Part shown: in pieces, positions 9,404 to 17,266 of the stretch
Numbering within the stretch: the first letter of the stretch is position 1
How the letters are laid out: every line of letters begins with the position of its first letter
Source of the DNA: Candidatus Dojkabacteria bacterium UBA2022
GTDB lineage: Bacteria > Patescibacteriota > Dojkabacteria > SC72
Direction: 5' to 3'
DNA: 64,000 nucleotides
Assembly (NCBI GenBank): GCA_002335495.1
Contig: DDBW01000014.1
Span: forward strand, 9,831 to 73,830
Program-made: the position numbers and the translations under genes
Notes under the pieces: model-generated
Seen by the model: the letters and a program-made list of their open reading frames with translations, nothing else
What the model was told of the DNA's origin: nothing
Database searches by the model: none

Positions 9404-9716
9404 AGATCAGATTGTCGAACTCCTCCACGATTACATCGTATTAGGTTACAGTATCAATAAATCTTGTCAGTACATAGGAATTCCGCACACAACAGTTCAT
9501 ACTTGGATAAACAACGATCCAGAGGTTCGTATGAAAATTAACTCTTGGAAAAACATTGTAAATCTTGAAGCAAGAAAAAGAATTGTCGAAAAAATAGTAA
9601 ACGGAGATATCAAAGCAAGTATGTGGTGGCTAGATAAGTTTGATTATATTGAAAACTCAAATGAAGAGAAAAGTAATCAATTAAGCATCGAAATAAATGG
9701 CAGAAAAGTATATTAA
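9381..9716 (+). CDS. small HTH DNA-binding protein, terminase-small-subunit-like (alternatively an excisionase/RDF-like protein)
   Basis: HTH-like segment YSINKSCQYIGIPHTTVHTWINNDPEV followed by the ASMWWLDKFDY motif, reminiscent of phage small terminase/HTH proteins. It overlaps both the upstream ORF and the recombinase start. Confidence 0.35.
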   Translation: MRGLRQNKDQIVELLHDYIVLGYSINKSCQYIGIPHTTVHTWINNDPEVRMKINSWKNIVNLEARKRIVEKIVNGDIKASMWWLDKFDYIENSNEEKSNQLSIEINGRKVY

Positions 9717-11385
9717 CGAAATCGCAGAAGAAGAGTTAAGAATCTATTGCGAAGAAGTTAGAAAGATCAATTTGCGAAGGCGTGGAATCTATATTCCCCC
9801 AGAGGAGAAACTGAGATATGTACTATATGCAAGAAGATCAACAAAATCTTCTCCCAAGGAAAGATTAGATAAAGCCACGTCAAGAGAAGAAAGAAAAAAA
9901 CTAGATAAACAAGAAAGGTCTATTCCAGATCAAATCAGTGAATGTTTGAAATTAGCACAAAAAGAAGAGCTACAAGTTGTTTTGATAGTGCAAGAAGAAG
10001 GATCAGCATATGCAAAGGATAATCGAAAGAAGTTTGATAAGATGATCAATGATATAAAAATTGGTAAATACGATGGGATAATTGCTTATGCACCAGATAG
10101 ATTAGCAAGAAATATGAAAGAAGCTGGTGAAATGCTTGATATGGTAGAAGAAGGAGTTATCAAAGATCTTAAATTTCCGACATTCCATTTTGAACGAGAA
10201 ACAAATTCAATGCTCTCGCTTGGACTAAACTTCTTACTCGCAGAAAACTATTCAACAAACCTTTCATATCACACAAAAAAGGCAAATGAAGGGATTATCA
10301 AAGAAGGAAAGGGAATAAGAAATTCAAAACTTGGATACATACTAAATAAAGATCGTTACTTTAGACCAGATCCAGATAATTTTGAAAAAGTAAAAACATT
10401 ATTCAATTTAGGATTAGAAGGGAGAACTTTAATTGATATTGTAGACATAAGTAAAAGACTTGCAATAACTTTCAATGGAAAACTACGAGTATTTACGACA
10501 CAAAATCTATCTAGTCTCTTACGGGATCCATTTTATGCAGGAAAACATCTTAATGGAACCCAAATAATTGACCTAAAAGCAATCGATAAAGACTTCACAC
10601 CTATGATTACTGCTCTAGATTTTACAACCATTAGAAGGCACTACGACAAATTAAGTAGTCGAAGAAAATCGAAAACCAAAGAGCCACTGTTCTTTACTGG
10701 ACGCGTAATTTGTAACAATTGTGCGAAGTTATGCTCAGCAGGAAAAAGTACAAGCGGAAGTGGACATAAATATCTGTGGGTTAATTGTACAAACAAGGAA
10801 TGCAAGCACAAAGTAAGAATTAGGGGAACAGATCTTCTTAAATATTCTGGAAAAATACTGACCAATCTTTCAAAGAGAATAACCAAGGAAGATTTCGATA
10901 AATTTGTATCACAAGTGAAGAAAGAACAGCCTGAAAGACTTGATCGTTTACAATACAAACATATTTCACTTAGTCAGGAAATCAATGAAAAGAAGGAAGA
11001 AATCAGTGCGAAGGAAAAGCAAAATATGCGAAAGGACTTAAGCCTAGAAACAAAAAAATTGATTAATATTGAAATTAGTAAGCTTTATTCTGAGTTGAAC
11101 AAATTAAACTCGGAAAGAGAGGAAATAAAGAATGACCTTCTTATATTGAAGGTAAACTTAGGAACAGAATTAGAGTCTTTAGAAAAGTTTTCGACCTTTT
11201 TAAAAGAGGCCGACAATACAATAAAAACCAGTCATAATAAGTACAAGGTAGACAAAATCATAAAAATGGCATTTTCGACCTATGTCGTAGAGGGCAAAGA
11301 TATTGTAGCATATAAACTTAAATCACCACTTGAGGGGTACAAAAATCTCGATAGTTTCTTGAATGGGGTGGAAGATGGGACTTGA
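9697..11385 (+). CDS. large serine recombinase (integrase-type)
   Basis: Catalytic-region motifs YARRST and DGIIAYAPDRLARN. A Cys-rich zinc-ribbon segment CNNCAKLC...CTNKECKHK. A long C-terminal coiled coil. The last 22 nt overlap the 3' end of tRNA-His. Confidence 0.7.
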   Translation: MAEKYINEIAEEELRIYCEEVRKINLRRRGIYIPPEEKLRYVLYARRSTKSSPKERLDKATSREERKKLDKQERSIPDQISECLKLAQKEELQVVLIVQEEGSAYAKDNRKKFDKMINDIKIGKYDGIIAYAPDRLARNMKEAGEMLDMVEEGVIKDLKFPTFHFERETNSMLSLGLNFLLAENYSTNLSYHTKKANEGIIKEGKGIRNSKLGYILNKDRYFRPDPDNFEKVKTLFNLGLEGRTLIDIVDISKRLAITFNGKLRVFTTQNLSSLLRDPFYAGKHLNGTQIIDLKAIDKDFTPMITALDFTTIRRHYDKLSSRRKSKTKEPLFFTGRVICNNCAKLCSAGKSTSGSGHKYLWVNCTNKECKHKVRIRGTDLLKYSGKILTNLSKRITKEDFDKFVSQVKKEQPERLDRLQYKHISLSQEINEKKEEISAKEKQNMRKDLSLETKKLINIEISKLYSELNKLNSEREEIKNDLLILKVNLGTELESLEKFSTFLKEADNTIKTSHNKYKVDKIIKMAFSTYVVEGKDIVAYKLKSPLEGYKNLDSFLNGVEDGT

Positions 11386-11441
11386 ACCCACAACCCTCGG
11401 TTCCACAAACCGATGCTCTAACCAATTGAGCTACTCCCACC
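11364..11441 (-). tRNA. tRNA-His (anticodon GTG), with encoded G-1 and 3' CCA
   Basis: Hand-folded cloverleaf: G-1 opposite C73, acceptor GTGGGAG/CTTCCAC, D-stem GCTC/GAGC, anticodon loop TTGTGGA, T-loop TTCAAGT, CCA encoded. Confidence 0.8.
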
Positions 11442-11502
11442 ATAATACCCAAAGATTATACATTATATACACCCAATAAAACAATTTCTCCCCCTAATAC
11501 CT

Positions 11503-11530
11503 TTGTAAATAGGAGTTTCTAAGGTATAAT
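11503..11530 (+). promoter_or_regulatory. candidate sigma70-like promoter for the lipoprotein-def-capA-like cluster
   Basis: TTGTAA, then a 16 nt spacer, then TATAAT about 30 nt upstream of the 11563 start. Confidence 0.4.
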
Positions 11531-11562
11531 GTAAGTCATACTATAAGATAAAAGAAGAATAT

Positions 11563-12069
11563 ATGGGTAAAACAGCAACAATCCTTTTTATAACAGGTGC
11601 AATGATAGCATCTGGATGCTCAGCAGCAGAAGCACCCGTTGTATACGAGACCCCAACCCGAGTACCAAACCTAGAGCCAGCAGAACTCCTAATCCCTAAA
11701 ACAATGGTAATAAATCATAATGACAAGGCACTTGAATTCTATTTACCAGGGATTGCATACAGATCATTCATACCAGAAGGAGGCATACTAGAAAAGCTAT
11801 TCACTTCCGCTGATGAAGGAGCAGTTAGCCTTGATCAAGCATTTGAAACTCACCCAACAGGATACACTCTTTCACCATACCACCTCCTCAGAGTACTAAG
11901 ACCAGATGGAATCGAAGAAGACTACACCACCACCGAAGGATCATTTGCCATAACCTTTGCAGATGAAAACCTAGACCCCGTGGTGTACATCATTGAAGTA
12001 GCCAGGGATAGAACCGCAGTTGAAGTAGGGCGGGTAGTAAACCCAGCTAACGACCTAGTCCTTCCTTAA
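11563..12069 (+). CDS. putative lipoprotein
   Basis: Signal peptide with lipobox IASGCS. No other recognisable domain. Confidence 0.5.
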   Translation: MGKTATILFITGAMIASGCSAAEAPVVYETPTRVPNLEPAELLIPKTMVINHNDKALEFYLPGIAYRSFIPEGGILEKLFTSADEGAVSLDQAFETHPTGYTLSPYHLLRVLRPDGIEEDYTTTEGSFAITFADENLDPVVYIIEVARDRTAVEVGRVVNPANDLVLP

Positions 12070-12122
12070 CCCAATATCAACAATCTCATTAAAAAACCAT
12101 CCTTAGATGGTATAATTACCAT

Positions 12123-12596
12123 ATGAAAATAATAACAGTAGAACAAGATGAAAAAACTCTAAGAAAGGTATCAAAAGATATCCCAATAGAAGAAATAAAC
12201 ACACCCCAATTCCATAAGTTCCTTGAAGACATGAAAGAAACCGCCTCCAACGCACCAATGCCCAAGGGATGGGAACCAGCAGGCCTTGCCGCCATACAAG
12301 TAGGGGAGGATAAGAAAGTATTCATAGCAATAGACATAGACACAGGAGAATTCAAAGAATACATTAACCCAAAGATTAAGGTAATAGGAGATAAAGAAAG
12401 CATAGACCTAGAAGGATGCCTCAGCATACCCAACACCACAGGATACGTAAAAAGACCAAAGAAAGTTAAAATAACATACCTCGACCGCTTCGGAGTATCC
12501 CACACTGAAAGACTCTCAGGCTTTAACGCCAAAATAGTACAACACGAAAACGACCACCTCCTTGGCATACTATTTACAGACAAACTAGAAAAGTAA
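12123..12596 (+). CDS. def: peptide deformylase
   Basis: Conserved PDF motifs GLAAIQVG, EGCLSIP and HENDHLLG. Confidence 0.85.
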   Translation: MKIITVEQDEKTLRKVSKDIPIEEINTPQFHKFLEDMKETASNAPMPKGWEPAGLAAIQVGEDKKVFIAIDIDTGEFKEYINPKIKVIGDKESIDLEGCLSIPNTTGYVKRPKKVKITYLDRFGVSHTERLSGFNAKIVQHENDHLLGILFTDKLEK

Positions 12597-14230
12597 TGGC
12601 AATAAACCATAACTTAACAGACAAAGAAACCCGCAAAGCCAAAATCGCCCAAATCACATACGCAACCATAGCCGTTGCCCTCACAATCTTCGCCATATAC
12701 TCCAACATAGAAAAACCAGAAGAGAAAAAGGATAACAAAACTCAACCTAAAACAACAATCTGCACCATAAACACCCTAGAACCAACATACACCCAAACCC
12801 TGGAAAAATACGCCACAGAGAATAACGCAGAAATTCTCGGCAACAACCCAACATGCGACATAACCATAGCCAGAAACGTAAAGGATATAAACACCTACAA
12901 CCGCCTCACCACCAAGACCTACGCCCTTGTAGCCCGCTATGACACAACCCTAGAGAGCATCACAACCCAGGAACTCATGGCCCTGCTAACAACCCAAAGT
13001 AATAATCAGAAAACAATAGTCTGGGATACTCAAACAGATCAATTCATAAGATCAACCTTTGAAAGTATCGGAGTAGGGCAGAGAGTAGTACAAAAAGACG
13101 AAATCAAGCAAGAAATCCTCAAATCCACAAACACCCTTGCCATAATCCCCTTTGAAGAGATAACCCTCGCATACAAAGTAATCTCCATAGATAACCTCAA
13201 CCCCATCTCCAAAGACTTCAACACCCTTAGATACCCCCTCATAGACAGATACTGGATCAAAGGAGATGAAAACACCACCAAGAAAGTATCAGAATACATA
13301 AAAACAACCATACCAGAAACCAACATCAACCCCTCACAAATAACAACCCTCACCCTAACAGGATCATCCGCCGTAGGAAGTGGCATCCAACAATCCCTAT
13401 ACACGACCAAAGGAATAGACTACATAAACCCAACCATACAAAACCTCATCAAAGAAAGTGACATAGCACAGATCAACAACGAAGCCTCCCTAGCCACCCC
13501 ATGCGTGCAAACCGAAAACACAACTAAATATTGCACCACCGAAAACAACCTCAAACTAATCAAAGACCTCGGTTTTGACGTAGTAGGGGTGAACGGAAAC
13601 CACATCATGGATATATCATACGAAAGATACCAAGAAACCCTCCAATGGTATGCCAAAAATAAACTCGAATACTACGCCGGAGGAACTAACTCAGAAGACG
13701 CATGGACCCCAAGGGTAGTAGAAGCCAATAAACTCAAATTCGCCTTCATCGGCTTTAACTACCTATACCCCTTCAGCTACTACGCCACCAAAAACACCGC
13801 AGGCAGTGCCAACGTAAACATGGAAATAATGAAAACAACCATAGAAAAAGCCAAGAAACTCGCTGACATAGTAGTTGTAGACATGAGCTGGGGATATGAG
13901 TACGACACCGACCTTCTATCGTACCAAACCGAATACGCTAATGCCGCAGTACAGTATGGTGCCAACATAGTAATCGGAACCAACAGCAGAATATATCAAC
14001 AAACCCAAATAACAGATAAATCAATGATCTTCTACGGCCTAGGATCTTTCCTCCCTCACACATACAAAGACTCCCAGTCCGCCATCTACACCCTCACATA
14101 CTATAAAGATAAACCCATTAACCTAAAAATAACCCCAATTAAACTCAATAACCAAACCGTTACAACTCTCGAAGGATCAGAACTAGATTCAACCCTCCAG
14201 AAAGTGTATAGTAATATAAAGATAAACTAA
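12596..14230 (+). CDS. CapA/PGA_cap family metallophosphatase-like protein (poly-gamma-glutamate capsule synthesis family) with an N-terminal membrane anchor
   Basis: N-terminal TM. C-terminal half carries a PGA_cap-like pattern (VGVNGNHIMD, FIGFNY, IVVVDMSWGYEY, ANIVIGTNSRIYQ, FYGLGSF). Confidence 0.65.
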   Translation: MAINHNLTDKETRKAKIAQITYATIAVALTIFAIYSNIEKPEEKKDNKTQPKTTICTINTLEPTYTQTLEKYATENNAEILGNNPTCDITIARNVKDINTYNRLTTKTYALVARYDTTLESITTQELMALLTTQSNNQKTIVWDTQTDQFIRSTFESIGVGQRVVQKDEIKQEILKSTNTLAIIPFEEITLAYKVISIDNLNPISKDFNTLRYPLIDRYWIKGDENTTKKVSEYIKTTIPETNINPSQITTLTLTGSSAVGSGIQQSLYTTKGIDYINPTIQNLIKESDIAQINNEASLATPCVQTENTTKYCTTENNLKLIKDLGFDVVGVNGNHIMDISYERYQETLQWYAKNKLEYYAGGTNSEDAWTPRVVEANKLKFAFIGFNYLYPFSYYATKNTAGSANVNMEIMKTTIEKAKKLADIVVVDMSWGYEYDTDLLSYQTEYANAAVQYGANIVIGTNSRIYQQTQITDKSMIFYGLGSFLPHTYKDSQSAIYTLTYYKDKPINLKITPIKLNNQTVTTLEGSELDSTLQKVYSNIKIN

Positions 14231-14235
14231 GCTAA

Positions 14236-15477
14236 TTGCCCACTGTGAAAAAATATATACTACTAACAATTACGATCTTAACAGTAATTCTCTCACCTAT
14301 ATCCCAAACCTTTGCAGCCACCCAGAACGAAATCAATACAACCCTAACCACCCTTGAAGATGAAAGAAGAGCCAAACTTGAGAAAGAACTAGGACTCACC
14401 ATCCCACAGATCTCAGACAACCCAAACCACATAATCACCTTTAGAGACCCTTCCAAAGAAGGAGTAGGGGTTAAACTGGAAATAGACGGACAAGGCTTTA
14501 AGAAAGTCTCAAGCCCATACACCCTCCCATCCCTTGGAATAGGAAAGCACATCCTCACCTTCAAGTTCACAGACTCAGAAGAGACCGAACAAACCCTTGA
14601 AGAAACTATCACCATTATCCCACGCCCTGCAATAATAGATGCCCCCGAAAAAATTACAACCACAGAACTATCCTTCAAAGGAACAGCCCTTGCCGCATCA
14701 ATCGTTGACCTATACCTCTCATCGGGTACTAAACACTATAAAGCAGCCCCAGATGTAAATAACGATGGAAGCTGGAGCTATACCTTCAAAGGAGAATTTG
14801 AATACGGCATATACAATATTGTTGCCGTTACAAGGAAGAACGGATATACCAGTAACTTCTCTGAAACAATTGTCTTCGAACTCACAAAAGAAGGAGCCGG
14901 ATCAAATAACAATAGCAATAGTGTAAAACCAATTTCCTTCAGCTTCGACAGCCTTCTTAAAAGCGACCCTATGACAACAATTAAGAATAACCTCGACCTG
15001 CTATACCTAACATTGGGATCCCTGCTCACCGGTATTATATTAACAGCCATATTTACCAAAATAGCAGATGGAAAACAGCATAAAAACCTCGAGGGAGTCT
15101 TCTTAAAGAAGTACGCTCAAAAAACGGAGAAGCCATCAAAAGAGGAGAAGAAAGAATCCAAGCCAATGACCCTCAGAGAAAAGTTTGAGCAAGCGGGACT
15201 TGCAAAAGAAGAGAAGAGTGTAGAGAAAAAAGACGAAGAAAAAAAGGAAGAAGAAAAGAAAGATGAGAAAAAGGAAAGTAAAAAAGAGGAGAAAGAGAAG
15301 AAGGATGAAAAGAAAACTCTTAGCAAAGAAGAATTTTTAGAGGAATTCAAAGAACAGGATCCCGACAATGAAAGAGGTAAGGAGCCTGCAAAAGAAGAAG
15401 AGAAGAAGAAAGAGAAACCATCTAGCCTAATGAACAGTATTAAAATATCTCTAACCTCCAAGCCAAGCAAGAAGTAG
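14236..15477 (+). CDS. secreted/membrane-anchored surface protein with a beta-rich (Ig-like) ectodomain, a C-terminal TM helix and a Lys/Glu-rich cytoplasmic tail
   Basis: Signal peptide, beta-strand-rich ectodomain, TM helix LLYLTLGSLLTGIILTAIF, then an EKKEEEKKDEKK low-complexity tail. The start is either TTG at 14236 or GTG at 14245. Confidence 0.5.
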   Translation: MPTVKKYILLTITILTVILSPISQTFAATQNEINTTLTTLEDERRAKLEKELGLTIPQISDNPNHIITFRDPSKEGVGVKLEIDGQGFKKVSSPYTLPSLGIGKHILTFKFTDSEETEQTLEETITIIPRPAIIDAPEKITTTELSFKGTALAASIVDLYLSSGTKHYKAAPDVNNDGSWSYTFKGEFEYGIYNIVAVTRKNGYTSNFSETIVFELTKEGAGSNNNSNSVKPISFSFDSLLKSDPMTTIKNNLDLLYLTLGSLLTGIILTAIFTKIADGKQHKNLEGVFLKKYAQKTEKPSKEEKKESKPMTLREKFEQAGLAKEEKSVEKKDEEKKEEEKKDEKKESKKEEKEKKDEKKTLSKEEFLEEFKEQDPDNERGKEPAKEEEKKKEKPSSLMNSIKISLTSKPSKK

Positions 15478-16230
15478 ATGAAAAAGGTAATAGTAACCGG
15501 AGATGACGGATATAAAGCAGTAGGACTTAAAGTTCTTGCACAAGCCCTTAAAAATGATTTTGAAGTTACAATCATTGCCACTAAAGAACAGAAAAGTGGA
15601 GCAGGTGGCAGTGTAAAAGCCTATGGAGAGAAAGAGTGGGGGATGGAGATAGTGGATGGCATCAAGTCATACTGGGTAGACGGAACCCCAGCAGACTCTA
15701 TGGAGTTTGCCCAAGGAGTATTCCCAAACGGCGTAGACTATTTGATCTCCGGAATTAACTGGGGAGAGAACATAGGCCTAAGTACTTTCACAGCATCAGG
15801 AACAGGAGGCGCCGCCCTTAGAGGATACTCCTTAGGAATTGCTCCAAAAGCCATTATAATGAGCTGGCTTAAACCTAACTCAGAGAACGATTGGTGGGAG
15901 GATAAAAGTTCTGAAGAAGTAGAACCATTCCTACAATACCCAGGTGGAAGCGCACTACACGTAGTAAAGGAAGCAATTAAAAACTCTTTTTGGAATAAAG
16001 ACATAGTAAATGTAAATTTCCCGCCAAACCCAACCCAGGATTATAAAGTAACCAAACTCCTAAAACACCTACCGGACTTCTATAAATACCCCGTAATAAT
16101 AAAAGAGAATACCTATGAGTACGACAAAGAAGTATTTGCATACACACAACAAACCAAAGAAAATACAACCCTTGATGTAGGAGCCATCCTATCAGGATAT
16201 ATCTCAATAACCCCTGTAACGATAGAATAA
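15478..16230 (+). CDS. surE: 5'/3'-nucleotidase SurE family
   Basis: SurE motifs VTGDDGY, GTPADS, SGINWGENIG...SGTGGAA, and C-terminal GYISITPV. Confidence 0.8.
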   Translation: MKKVIVTGDDGYKAVGLKVLAQALKNDFEVTIIATKEQKSGAGGSVKAYGEKEWGMEIVDGIKSYWVDGTPADSMEFAQGVFPNGVDYLISGINWGENIGLSTFTASGTGGAALRGYSLGIAPKAIIMSWLKPNSENDWWEDKSSEEVEPFLQYPGGSALHVVKEAIKNSFWNKDIVNVNFPPNPTQDYKVTKLLKHLPDFYKYPVIIKENTYEYDKEVFAYTQQTKENTTLDVGAILSGYISITPVTIE

Positions 16231-16282
16231 TCTGCAATTCCACCTTAACAAGTAACAAATAACGATCGCTTATTAGTAACAT

Positions 16283-17137
16283 TTACCATTTCTTACTCAT
16301 CAATGATAAGGAGTCATCTTTAGCTAGCAAAACTTTCATTTGCCTTATAGCTATATCATTTAATCTAATCAAACGTTCTGATTGTGTTAGACCAAGGTTA
16401 ATATATTCTGCATTAAGAGATTCCAAGTTAGTAAGACATACAAGCTGTTGAAGGGTGGCATGATCTCTTATATTCCCATTAAGACCAGGGTTTAGCTCTC
16501 GCCATTCTTTTGCAGTTATTCCAAATAACGCAACATTTAAAACGTCTGCTTCATTCGCATAAACAAAATTTTCTCTTAGTTTTCCAATTTTCTTCGGAAC
16601 AATATTATGTTTTATTGCGTCCGTATGGATGCGATAGTTAACCTTAGACAAAATACGTTTAACATTCCATTCCAAATTTTCAGTTTCATTTTGCTTCAAT
16701 AGCTGATATTCTCGAATCAAGAATAGCTTAAATTCTGCTGATACCCAACTTGCAAATTCAAAAGCAATATCCTTGTGAGCAAAAGTTCCAGATCCATACC
16801 TACCTCTACTGGTTTTTAAACCAATAGCATTTGTAATAGTCACCCACCTTTCAGGAGATAATGTAAAAGAATTTAATCCAGACTCTTTTCTAAAGGAGTC
16901 GAATTCGACCCCTTTAAAATTTATGTTATTTATTGATTCCCACAAGCCAAGGAATTCTATTGTATTCCTTGTTCTTAGCCAATTTTTAACAACGTCTTTT
17001 GGTTCATCTGGGTTTTTATATCTAGCGATATCAGTGAGGGAAATATATTCATCTTTAATATTTATATCAATATCCTTAACTATAATCTTGTTTTTCATCT
17101 TAGTATCCCCTTTACAATTTAGTTTATGAAATAACAT
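16283..17137 (-). CDS. KilA-N domain-containing protein (phage/virus-derived DNA-binding protein family)
   Basis: N-terminal roughly 110 aa fit a KilA-N/APSES-like pattern (ISLTDIARYKNPDEPKDVVKNWLRTRNTIEFLGLWE). It lies immediately beside tRNA-Leu(CAG). Confidence 0.6.
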   Translation of the reverse strand: MLFHKLNCKGDTKMKNKIIVKDIDINIKDEYISLTDIARYKNPDEPKDVVKNWLRTRNTIEFLGLWESINNINFKGVEFDSFRKESGLNSFTLSPERWVTITNAIGLKTSRGRYGSGTFAHKDIAFEFASWVSAEFKLFLIREYQLLKQNETENLEWNVKRILSKVNYRIHTDAIKHNIVPKKIGKLRENFVYANEADVLNVALFGITAKEWRELNPGLNGNIRDHATLQQLVCLTNLESLNAEYINLGLTQSERLIRLNDIAIRQMKVLLAKDDSLSLMSKKW

Positions 17138-17179
17138 ACATAAACTTTAGCAATACATTATGAAATCCCCAATATAATC

Positions 17180-17266
17180 TGCCAGGAGGGGGAGTTGAAC
17201 CCCCACCTCTTTTTAAAGGAGACTACGACCTGAACGTAGCGTGTCTGCCAATTTCACCATCCTGGC
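17180..17266 (-). tRNA. tRNA-Leu (anticodon CAG), class II with a long variable arm
   Basis: Hand fold: acceptor GCCAGGA/TCCTGGC with A73; anticodon stem CTACG/CGTAG; loop TTCAGGT; long variable arm; T-arm GGGGG-TTCAACT-CCCCC. CCA is not encoded. Confidence 0.75.

Noticed and set aside
12116-12610. 164-aa minus-strand ORF completely overlapping def
   Set aside because: The plus-strand frame carries unmistakable peptide deformylase motifs. The antisense ORF is Ser/Cys/Phe-rich with no motifs, a typical shadow ORF.
15117-15581. 154-aa minus-strand Ser/Phe-rich ORF
   Set aside because: It is antisense to the purine-rich Lys/Glu tail of the 14236-15477 protein and to the start of surE. Low-complexity mirror artefact.
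16923-17129. 68-aa plus-strand ORF inside the KilA-N gene
   Set aside because: It is antisense to a well-supported CDS, hydrophobic low-complexity, with no RBS.
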